DNA from: Myxococcota bacterium
Lineage (GTDB): Bacteria; Myxococcota_A; UBA796; CAJQPC01
Length of the DNA: 18,069 nucleotides
Direction of reading: 5' to 3'
Assembly (NCBI GenBank): GCA_036012755.1
Contig: DASCPX010000039.1
Coordinates: forward strand, 1 to 18,069
Shown in pieces: positions 1 to 8,422 of the stretch. A model generated the notes under the pieces. That model was not told where the DNA came from. It saw only the letters and a program-made list of their open reading frames with translations, and did no database searches. Position 1 is the first letter of the stretch; the number at the start of each line of letters is the position of its first letter. Made by a program: the position numbers and the translations under genes.

Positions 1-1
1 C

Positions 2-2509
2 ACCGACACCGACGTGGGCACCCTCGACGAACCGGGTGACTACGCCAACGTGTTCTCGGGCGAGGACCTGGAGATCGACCTGTCGGACGTCAGCGGCGAC
101 TCCAACCGGGACCAGGACTTCTACCTGGTCGTGATCAACGAAGAGACAGAGGACGTCGGTTGGCGCGTGCACTACAGCCCCGTCTCCAGCGGTGGGCCCC
201 CTCCGGTGGCCGAGAGGGTCTCCCAGGTCTCGACCAAGGCGACCACGGTCGCGAACAAGGAGGCCAGGCCCTTCGTCAAGGCGAGCCCGCCCCCGCAGCC
301 TCCCTACTCGGAGAGTGATGTCGGCGGCAGCGAGTCCGAGTTCCACATCCGGAACGACTTCGAGGACCGCAAGAGCTACACCGTCGTGACGGCGACGCTC
401 TGGGCGGTCGGAACCAACGTGACGATCTGGGTCGACAACGACCACGCCATCGACTGGGACTACGACTGCAACGGCATCGTCGACGAGGCCGACTCGCGGG
501 GGGCCTATGGCTTCGACAACTGCGACCTGCAGGCCGTCGCCGACGTCGTCGACACCAACATCGTCACGAACATCGACGCCACCTTCGGAGAGCCCTCGGA
601 CATCAACGGCGACGAGCAGGTCACGGTGGTCATCTCCCCCGTCCTCAACAGCCTCCCGTTGAGCTCTGAGGACGAGGACGACTGGAACAACGTCGTCGGC
701 TCGTACGCCAGCCCGAGTGTGGACCTTCAGGACTTCGACGAGGCCAACAACCCCGGCTCCGACATGCAGGAGATCATGTATGTCTTCGCGCCGGATCCCC
801 ACGGCTTCGCGAACGTCTACCACCCGGTGGCGATCGAGGAGTACACCTCGATGGCGCTCCAGGCCGAGATCGCCCGGTCCTACCTCAAGCTCGTCCTCTA
901 CAACCAGCGCCTCATCGCCCCAGAGGAAGAGGGCGAGACCCCCGGCAGCGTCGAGGATGACTGGCTGATCGAGGGCCTCGGCACCGTCGCGGCCGACCAG
1001 TGCGGCTTCGGCGCCTACTACTTCGTGGATGCCTGGCTCCACCTGGACGCCCCCTACCTCTACACGCTCACCGAGTACGAGCTCGAGGGCTTCGGGAGCA
1101 GTATTCCCAAGGGGGGCCAGTACCTCTTCGTCCGCTGGCTCGTCGATGTCTACGGCGAGTCGATCCTGGGCTCCTTGACCGTGACCACGGACACGGGCGT
1201 CGACAACGTCGAAGCCGCGACGGAAGAGGACTTCGCGACCCTGGTTCGCCAGTGGCAGGTCGCAATGTTGACGAGTGCCGTCACCAAGGAGGACGGCAGC
1301 GCCCTCGTCGACAGCGCCGTCTGGCCCCAGTACGCGGAGGCCGAGATCCTCTCCGCTCCGACGACCGCACCGAGCCCGCCCACTCCCGGGGTGTACTACG
1401 GCGCCAACGGCTACCAGCGCGGCTTCAACATCCGCGGGGCCAACCTGTGGATGGACGGCGGCACCACGGCCGATCCGGAGGAGATCAAGGACCTGCGCGT
1501 CGTCGGCGAGGGGCCGGACTTCCACTCGCACCTCCCCGGCTTCGCCATGTACGGCTACACCGCCGGAGGCTACGGCGCCCACGTCATCCGCCTGACGGGT
1601 CTCGACTACGACCAGACCAAGGTGGAGATCCTCGGGGACAGCGCGCTGACCCTCGCCGCGACTGTCGTCCGCTGGAACGACCCGACCAGCCAGGACTGGG
1701 TCGTGGACAACATCTACTCGCCGCTGGACTCCAACAGCGTCGAGCTGCAGGCCCTGCCCAGCGACGGTACGCGGATCTACGCGGTTGGCGAGATCGCCGT
1801 GTCGGCCAGCACGCAGGTGGTGACACTGGACGACTCCAGCCCCGTGTCCGTCGACGACACCGACCGGTTCACGCTTGATTTGAGCGACCGGACCGGGGGC
1901 GAGGTCATCGAGGTCGGCATCTGGCTCGAGCGTCGCTTCGAGGACACCGACGGCAACCCGGCACCCTTCGACCCATGGGTCGGGGCCGCCCCGCAGAGCT
2001 GGGTTCCGACGCCGACGGTCACCACGCTGACCTCGGCCCTCTGCACGGAGAGCGAGGAGAGCTTCGGCTACCCGACGTCGGTGCTGCCCTACATGTACTA
2101 CCAGGAGTTCCTCAGCAGCTCTGTGGGGGTCGACAGCGAAGATCCCTGTGGCGCCCCCTATGTCGACAGCGGGGATCTCACTTGTAACGACGACTTCGAC
2201 GGGGACAACGTCGCCGATGACGAGGAGCCCATCCCGGATGGCTTCATCGCCCAGATCCAGGTCCGTCAGTGCGAGCTCGGTGTCGACTCCAGCGAGTACT
2301 ACAACAACGACTGGATCGACAAGGACGAGATAGATGACGGTGATCAGCTGACCTACGATCCCGTTGGCAACGTCGGCGGTGACAGCGGTGGCTCGGGTGA
2401 GGAGGCCTACCTCTCCCTCACCCTCGCGGGCGGCGAGACCTACACCATCGTCGTCTCTGGCGGCGGCGATGAAGGCGTCTACGAGCTCAGTGCCAGGCAG
2501 ACGAACTGA
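2..2509 (+). CDS. Large acidic, probably exported protein with a peptidase M30/gluzincin-like domain (zinc motif degenerate) and a C-terminal PPC-like domain; probably 5'-truncated
   Basis: The frame is open from base 2 (TDTDVG...), so the GTG at 14 is probably not the true start. Motif order matches M30-like proteins: IWVDND...FGEPSDINGDEQVTVVISPVLN...NPGSDMQEIMYVFAPDP...EIARSYLKLV...EDDWLIEG. DxDxDG-type loops are present (DYDCNG, DINGDE, DFDGDN). The C-terminus AYLSLTLAGGETYTIVVSGGGDEGVYELSAR is PPC-like. Codon usage is host-like. Confidence 0.75.
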   Translation, partial: TDTDVGTLDEPGDYANVFSGEDLEIDLSDVSGDSNRDQDFYLVVINEETEDVGWRVHYSPVSSGGPPPVAERVSQVSTKATTVANKEARPFVKASPPPQPPYSESDVGGSESEFHIRNDFEDRKSYTVVTATLWAVGTNVTIWVDNDHAIDWDYDCNGIVDEADSRGAYGFDNCDLQAVADVVDTNIVTNIDATFGEPSDINGDEQVTVVISPVLNSLPLSSEDEDDWNNVVGSYASPSVDLQDFDEANNPGSDMQEIMYVFAPDPHGFANVYHPVAIEEYTSMALQAEIARSYLKLVLYNQRLIAPEEEGETPGSVEDDWLIEGLGTVAADQCGFGAYYFVDAWLHLDAPYLYTLTEYELEGFGSSIPKGGQYLFVRWLVDVYGESILGSLTVTTDTGVDNVEAATEEDFATLVRQWQVAMLTSAVTKEDGSALVDSAVWPQYAEAEILSAPTTAPSPPTPGVYYGANGYQRGFNIRGANLWMDGGTTADPEEIKDLRVVGEGPDFHSHLPGFAMYGYTAGGYGAHVIRLTGLDYDQTKVEILGDSALTLAATVVRWNDPTSQDWVVDNIYSPLDSNSVELQALPSDGTRIYAVGEIAVSASTQVVTLDDSSPVSVDDTDRFTLDLSDRTGGEVIEVGIWLERRFEDTDGNPAPFDPWVGAAPQSWVPTPTVTTLTSALCTESEESFGYPTSVLPYMYYQEFLSSSVGVDSEDPCGAPYVDSGDLTCNDDFDGDNVADDEEPIPDGFIAQIQVRQCELGVDSSEYYNNDWIDKDEIDDGDQLTYDPVGNVGGDSGGSGEEAYLSLTLAGGETYTIVVSGGGDEGVYELSARQTN

Positions 2510-3472
2510 TTGAGTGAGACTGCGAAGAGCCTCGGGCTCTTCATCGCGACGCTCGTCTGTGTCTACTTCACGTACGGGTATCTCTGGCACGGGGGCGACC
2601 CCCTCGGGGACCCCGAGACGATGGTGGCCTCCGCGACCTTCGCCCTCGCCTTGATGGCGATCCTCGGGGCCCACGAGATGGGTCACTACCTGGTCGCCCG
2701 GCGCCATGGCTTCGAGCTGTCGCTGCCCTACTTCATTCCCGTGCCCTTCTTCTTTGGCACCTTCGGCGCGGTGATTCGCTTGAGGAGCCTGCCTGCGAAT
2801 CGCTCGGCGCTCCTCGAGATGGGGGCTGCGGGTCCCATAGCGGGCGCGGTCGTGGCCTTCGCCGCGATCGCCGTCGGGCTCCCCGACACCGGCCCACCAC
2901 CCGAGATCCTGGTGCCCGGGGTCGCCGAAGCCCCCCCGGCCTGGCTCGACGCGGCGCTCACCTGGCTGGACGAGCTGCTGGCCCCGATCGCGGCGCTGGT
3001 CTCGGAGCCGGTGCCCGAGGGGCACGTACCCGTCCTGATCTTCAACAACCCGCTGGTGATGGACCTTTTCGGGATCCTGCTGCTGGGAGCGCCGCCCGGG
3101 CGCTTCGACACGCTCTCTCCGCTGGCCCTCGCCGGGTGGGTGGGCTGCTTCCTCACCGCGCTGAACCTCGTGCCCATCGGCCAACTCGACGGAGGTCACA
3201 TCGTCGGCGCCCTCTTTCCTTCTCGGGCGAGGCTCCTGTCGCGCGTCTTCCTCGGCCTGGCCGTCGCCGGCGGGGTGATCGGCTGGTCCGGCTGGCTCGT
3301 GTGGGCTGTCCTCCTGTGGTCCACCCGGGCCTTCCTGAATGTCGAGGTCCCCTCCCGGCCACCCCTGACCCCCCGCGCTCGATGGATCGCGGTCATCGCG
3401 CTCGCGCTCTTCGCCCTGACCTTCATGGCGGTGCCTGTCGAGCCGGATGTTCTTCCTTATGAGCAACCCTGA
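2510..3472 (+). CDS. Site-2 protease family (peptidase M50) intramembrane zinc metalloprotease
   Basis: HEMGH at 2672-2686, FGTFGAVI, AGPIAG and NLVPIGQLDGGH at 3164-3199, with multiple hydrophobic segments. The TTG start directly after the upstream TGA is uncertain. Confidence 0.92.
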   Translation: MSETAKSLGLFIATLVCVYFTYGYLWHGGDPLGDPETMVASATFALALMAILGAHEMGHYLVARRHGFELSLPYFIPVPFFFGTFGAVIRLRSLPANRSALLEMGAAGPIAGAVVAFAAIAVGLPDTGPPPEILVPGVAEAPPAWLDAALTWLDELLAPIAALVSEPVPEGHVPVLIFNNPLVMDLFGILLLGAPPGRFDTLSPLALAGWVGCFLTALNLVPIGQLDGGHIVGALFPSRARLLSRVFLGLAVAGGVIGWSGWLVWAVLLWSTRAFLNVEVPSRPPLTPRARWIAVIALALFALTFMAVPVEPDVLPYEQP

Positions 3473-3989
3473 AGGCCTCGGTCGCCTGCTCCGCGCCGGG
3501 CTGCTGGTGGGTCTGCTCGTCGGCGCCGGGATCGGGGTGCAGGCGATCGTGCGCCCGGAACCCGTAGACGCTCCGGTCGAGCCGGTCGATCTGGTCGAGG
3601 CGACGGACAGTGATCCCAGCATGGACCTGGCTCACCTCCGCGGCCGGGACATTGAGTTCCTCGCGTCGGTGTTGCGGGAGGGCACTCCGGAGGGTCGTCG
3701 CTCGGCCACGCGTGCCCTGCTGATCTCCGGCGATGCGCGGGGTGTCTCGGTCTTGTTCTCGGTTGCAGGGTCCGAGGACGACATCTACTGCGAGGCCGCC
3801 CTCGAGATCATCAGAGAGCAGACGCCGCTGGATGCCTGGCGCGAGCTCGCTGTCGCCCCAGAGGTCTGCGCCGTGGAGGATCGGCTCGCTGTGGTCGAGG
3901 CGCAGCTGAGCGAAGACGACATCGCCGCACTCCTCGAGGATCGGGACGGTGGCGTCCGGGACCGTGCCCGCGATCGACTCTCGCGATAG
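3459..3989 (+). CDS. Single-pass membrane protein with HEAT-repeat-like helical domain
   Basis: Gly-rich TM segment (AGLLVGLLVGAGIGVQAIV). HEAT-like motifs GTPEGRRSATRALLISGDARGVSVL and IAALLEDRDGGVRDRARDRL. The ATG at 3459 overlaps the M50 gene end; an alternative ATG is at 3447. Confidence 0.65.
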   Translation: MSNPEGLGRLLRAGLLVGLLVGAGIGVQAIVRPEPVDAPVEPVDLVEATDSDPSMDLAHLRGRDIEFLASVLREGTPEGRRSATRALLISGDARGVSVLFSVAGSEDDIYCEAALEIIREQTPLDAWRELAVAPEVCAVEDRLAVVEAQLSEDDIAALLEDRDGGVRDRARDRLSR

Positions 3990-3998
3990 CCGGCGTCG

Positions 3999-5024
3999 AT
4001 GTTGCTGTTGATCGCGAACGCGCTGGCCGGTGAGCTCTACCTCGAGTCGCCGGCGCTCGACACCCGCGCGGCGGCCCAGGTCCTGCGTCGGCAGGCCGAG
4101 GGCCAGGATCTCGAGGCACGCGTCGTGCGGCGGTATTCCAGCGGGGTGGGGTGGGAGTACGTGGTCGTGGTCGAGGGCCTCCCCGATCAGCAGGTGGCAG
4201 AGGAGGCTGCGGCGCTCTGGGCCGAGGCCGGCGGGGAGGGCGTGTCGATCTTCCGCCGCGAGGGAGACGAGGGGGTGCTGGTCAGCACGTCCTCTGCCGA
4301 GCTGGAGCTCGACATCGTCGATCCTGCGCGCCCGGAGCAGGACCTCCTCGCGGCCGAGCTGGTCTTGCGTCACGCGGTTCGCGCGCTCGGGGGCCAACAG
4401 GGGGGGCGCGCCGCTCTCGATAGGGCTCCGGCCATTCGCTTCTCATATGTGCGGGTCGTGGCCTCGGAGGATGGTCGCATCGAAGCCCACCACGAGCTCC
4501 TCCGCTCCCCAGACGGCGAGCGCCTCCGGATCGAGGGCGTCGACGGCGCGGTCGACAGCACCACCCTCGTCCACCCCGAGGGGGCGTGGGTGGTCGCAGG
4601 AGGCGAGCCCGTCGAGCGGGATCCTGAGCGCACTCGCGAGGTCCTCGCGGACTTCGGACCGGAGGAGCTGCTCGCGTACCCGCTGGAGTTCGCCGTCCTC
4701 GTCGAGAGCGACCCCGCGTACCGACTCCTGCGGACCGCCTCGACCGACGGCGAGGTCTACGTGCTCGAGTACGGCGGACCGGAGGTGGGTGGGGCCATGA
4801 CCGTCGTTCTCGAGGCGGCGAGCTGGCACGTCCGCTCGGTGAGCTACTCGACGGACGCTGGGACCGTCCGCTACGGCTTCGCCGACTGGCGCGAGATCGA
4901 CACCGGGCTCGTCCTTCCGTTCTGGATGGAGCTCCACCGGGACGGGGTCCTCGTCGAGGGCCTCGTCGTCGAGGAACTGAGCGTTCTGGACGCGCTCGCG
5001 GAGGGCTCTCTGGAGTTGCCCTGA
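3999..5024 (+). CDS. Exported protein with N-terminal SPOR-like domain and C-terminal LolA-like (lipoprotein-sorting-type) fold
   Basis: MLLLIANALA|GE signal-like start. SPOR-like pattern LYLESPALDTRAAAQVLRRQAEGQDLEARVV...WEYVVVVEGLPDQQVAEEAAALW. C-terminal VLRHAVRALGG...FADWREIDTGLVLPF pattern typical of LolA-like proteins. Assigned by eye. Confidence 0.6.
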   Translation: MLLLIANALAGELYLESPALDTRAAAQVLRRQAEGQDLEARVVRRYSSGVGWEYVVVVEGLPDQQVAEEAAALWAEAGGEGVSIFRREGDEGVLVSTSSAELELDIVDPARPEQDLLAAELVLRHAVRALGGQQGGRAALDRAPAIRFSYVRVVASEDGRIEAHHELLRSPDGERLRIEGVDGAVDSTTLVHPEGAWVVAGGEPVERDPERTREVLADFGPEELLAYPLEFAVLVESDPAYRLLRTASTDGEVYVLEYGGPEVGGAMTVVLEAASWHVRSVSYSTDAGTVRYGFADWREIDTGLVLPFWMELHRDGVLVEGLVVEELSVLDALAEGSLELP

Positions 5025-5065
5025 GGGCCCCGGAGATGCCGCAGCGAAGCGGGATCGAGCACATC

Positions 5066-5094
5066 TTGACACCCGGGATCCGGATGACTAAATA
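5066..5094 (+). promoter_or_regulatory. Sigma70-type promoter of the tRNA-tuf operon
   Basis: Perfect -35 TTGACA (5066-5071), 17-bp spacer, TAAATA (5089-5094), then GC-rich discriminator GCGGGCC; about 46 nt upstream of the first tRNA. Confidence 0.7.
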
Positions 5095-5140
5095 GCGGGC
5101 CACTTCGTCCACCGGGTCTCCCGGCAGCGAGGAGCCGTAG

Positions 5141-5216
5141 GCTGGCGTAGCTCAATTGGTAGAGCAGCGGTCTTGTAAACCGCAGGTTGCGGGTTCGAGT
5201 CCCACCGTCAGCTCCA
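5141..5216 (+). tRNA. tRNA-Thr(TGT)
   Basis: Acceptor GCTGGCG/CGTCAGC, anticodon arm GCGGT-CT TGT AA-ACCGC (anticodon 5174-5176), T-loop TTCGAGT, encoded CCA. Confidence 0.96.
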
Positions 5217-5261
5217 GGCCCCTTCCGCGGGTGTTGTCGTTCTCGCAGATAGCACTGATTC

Positions 5262-5343
5262 GGGGGATTGCCCGAGTGGCCAAAGGGAACGGGCTGTAAA
5301 CCCGTCGGCTTCGCCTACGGTGGTTCGAATCCACCATCCCCCA
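5262..5343 (+). tRNA. tRNA-Tyr(GTA)
   Basis: Acceptor GGGGGAT/ATCCCCC, anticodon GTA at 5296-5298, long variable arm GGC-TTC-GCC, T-loop TTCGAAT. Discriminator A5343 is followed by CCT, so CCA is not fully encoded. Confidence 0.96.
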
Positions 5344-5366
5344 CCTTCTCATCTATCTGTTTCTAC

Positions 5367-5442
<76 letters not shown>

Positions 5443-5452
5443 TTTCACTAGC

Positions 5453-5527
5453 GCCGATGTAGCTCAGGGGCAGAGCACCTCCTTGGTAAGGAGGAGGCCA
5501 TGGGTTCAAATCCCATCATCGGCTCCA
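5453..5527 (+). tRNA. tRNA-Thr(GGT)
   Basis: Acceptor GCCGATG/CATCGGC, anticodon GGT at 5485-5487, encoded CCA. This is the classic Thr-Tyr-Gly-Thr-tuf arrangement. Confidence 0.97.
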
Positions 5528-5566
5528 TTTCGAGAACAAGGTCGGAACGACCCGGGAGAGTCCCAA

Positions 5567-6763
<1,197 letters not shown>

Positions 6764-6777
6764 CGACCCGACATCTC

Positions 6778-6817
6778 GAAGCGCTCCCCGGGCCGTTTGG
6801 CTCGGGGATTCGCTTTT
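6778..6817 (+). terminator. Probable intrinsic terminator after tuf
   Basis: 10-bp stem TCCCCGGGCC/GGCTCGGGGA (one G-U) with a GTTT loop, extended by AAGCG/CGCTT, ending in TTTT. Confidence 0.6.
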
Positions 6818-6951
6818 CTGGCCCGGATCTTGCCGGTGGGTCTTGCTGCGGACCCCCGTTTCGGCTAATGGCCCCCGGCTTGACCGCCTGCCTCGCGTGA
6901 ACAGTCCTTGGCGACCCGCCGGGGGGCTCCCTCCAACGGACCTGGTCCAAC

Positions 6952-7335
6952 GTGCAAAACGCCCGCTACATCACACTCTCGTTCATCGGCGTCGCCTTTT
7001 CGGTCGGCATCCTGGCCCGCTCGGCTGCCGTGGACGTGCTGCTCCACCTGGGCAAGGCTGACAGCCTCGTCGGTGGTGTGATCGCGCTGAGCTCCCTCAT
7101 CGCGATCGGCCTTGGTGCCGTGTGCTTCTTTGGGCTCTTGAAGTGGCGCACGGCGGTGGACTTCACGAACGAGTGCGTCATCGAACTCGTCAAGGTCACC
7201 TGGCCCGATCGGGAGGAGACCACAAACAGCTCGATGGTGGTCATCGTGGCCAGCCTCATCTTCGCCGGCTCGCTTGCACTGTTCGACTACGTGTGGTCGC
7301 AGGTCACCGAGATCTTCCTCTTCTCCGCGAGCTAG
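6952..7335 (+). CDS. secE: Preprotein translocase subunit SecE (long, 3-TM form)
   Basis: ELVKVTWPDREET motif followed by a TM helix, two extra N-terminal hydrophobic segments, position directly upstream of nusG. Confidence 0.95.
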   Translation: MQNARYITLSFIGVAFSVGILARSAAVDVLLHLGKADSLVGGVIALSSLIAIGLGAVCFFGLLKWRTAVDFTNECVIELVKVTWPDREETTNSSMVVIVASLIFAGSLALFDYVWSQVTEIFLFSAS

Positions 7336-7340
7336 TCGAA

Positions 7341-7874
7341 ATGCAGTGGTTCGTCGTCAACACGTTCTCCGGGTACGAGAACAAAGCCAAGCTGGCCCTC
7401 GAGGAGCGCATCAACGTGCTCGGATGTGGGGAGCGGTTCGGCGAGATCCTCGTGCCGACGGAGCAGGTCGTCGAGGTCAAGGGTGGCCAGAAGCGAAGCG
7501 TGACCCGCAAGTTCTTTCCCGGGTACATCCTCGTGCAGATGGAGCTCGACAACGAGACCTGGCACGTTGTCCGGAACACCCCGAAGATCACTGGCTTCGT
7601 CGGCGGCAACAACCGTCGGCCACCTCCCGTCCCCGACGCCGAGGTCCGCCGCATCACCCGGCGCATGGGCATCGGCGAGGACGCCAAGCCCAAGCCGAAG
7701 CTGAACTTCGAGAGAGGGGAAGAGGTCCGCATCACCGACGGGCCCTTCGCTTCCATGAACGGCGCGGTGGAAGAGGTCAACAGCGCACGCGGCAAGCTCC
7801 GCGTGATCGTGGCCATCTTTGGCCGCCCCACGAGCGTCGAGCTCGACTTCACCCAGGTCGAGAAGCTCTCGTAG
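7341..7874 (+). CDS. nusG: Transcription termination/antitermination factor NusG (177 aa)
   Basis: MQWFVVNTFSGYENK, KFFPGYILVQM, and KOW domain GEEVRITDGPF...IFGRPTSVELDFTQVEK. ATG at 7341. Confidence 0.98.
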   Translation: MQWFVVNTFSGYENKAKLALEERINVLGCGERFGEILVPTEQVVEVKGGQKRSVTRKFFPGYILVQMELDNETWHVVRNTPKITGFVGGNNRRPPPVPDAEVRRITRRMGIGEDAKPKPKLNFERGEEVRITDGPFASMNGAVEEVNSARGKLRVIVAIFGRPTSVELDFTQVEKLS

Positions 7875-7897
7875 CCTTCGACAGGAGCCTTTGAATC

Positions 7898-8326
7898 ATG
7901 GCGAAGAAAGTCGTCAACGCAATCAAGCTGCAGATCATGGCGGGTCAGGCGAACCCCTCGCCGCCGGTCGGTCCCGCGCTCGGCCAGGCCGGCGTGAACA
8001 TTCCGATGTTCTGCAAGGAGTTCAACGCCAGGACGCAGTCCATGGCGGGTGAAGGGCTCGTGATCCCCACGGAGATCACCGTCTACTCCGACCGGACCTT
8101 CACCTTCCTCTGCAAGACCCCTCCCGCGTCGGGCCTTCTCCTGAAGGCTGCGGGCCTCGAGAAGGGGTCGGGCGAGCCGAACAAGGAAAAGGTCGGGAAG
8201 GTCACCTGGGCCCAGGTCGAGGAGATCGCCCGCAGGAAGTTCGTGGATCTCAACACCACCGACATCGAGGCGGCCAAGCGAATCATCGCCGGGACGGCCC
8301 GCTCCATGGGCATCGTCGTCACGTAG
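7898..8326 (+). CDS. rplK: 50S ribosomal protein L11
   Basis: [40 protein letters not shown] upstream. Confidence 0.99.
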   Translation: MAKKVVNAIKLQIMAGQANPSPPVGPALGQAGVNIPMFCKEFNARTQSMAGEGLVIPTEITVYSDRTFTFLCKTPPASGLLLKAAGLEKGSGEPNKEKVGKVTWAQVEEIARRKFVDLNTTDIEAAKRIIAGTARSMGIVVT

Positions 8327-8350
8327 CAACAACCCTTAGCCCCGCATGCA

Positions 8351-8381
8351 GGGGGAGGGGAGCGATCCCCGCCAGCACCCC
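8351..8381 (+). promoter_or_regulatory. Ribosomal protein L1-binding (autoregulatory) mRNA hairpin
   Basis: GGGG-GA-GGGGA-GCGA-TCCCC-GCCAGCA-CCCC: two stems, an asymmetric internal loop (GA / 7 nt) and a GNRA tetraloop. Same architecture as the E. coli L1 operator as I recall it. Confidence 0.7.
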
Positions 8382-8422
8382 GGTCGGGAACTTGCGCATC
8401 CGCGCGTGAGGAAGAGGAGAGA

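Noticed and set aside
2507..2512. In-frame TGA-TTG junction suggesting selenocysteine or readthrough fusion of ORF1 with the M50 protease
   Set aside because: ORF1 ends at a natural PPC-like C-terminus, the M50 protein is complete alone, and there is no redox motif or evident SECIS. Translational coupling explains the junction.
3987..4001. In-frame TAG between the HEAT-like gene and the SPOR-like gene (possible split gene or pyrrolysine)
   Set aside because: The second ORF starts with its own Met and signal-like segment. Sharing a frame has a 1-in-3 chance, and nothing else supports fusion.
6843..6908. Candidate secE promoters (TTGCTG...GCTAAT; TTGACC...)
   Set aside because: Spacing or -10 matches are too poor to call from sequence alone.
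6927..6951. CTCCAACGG...GGTCCAA as a remnant of tRNA-Trp
   Set aside because: The match is too short, with no T-arm, anticodon stem or acceptor pairing.
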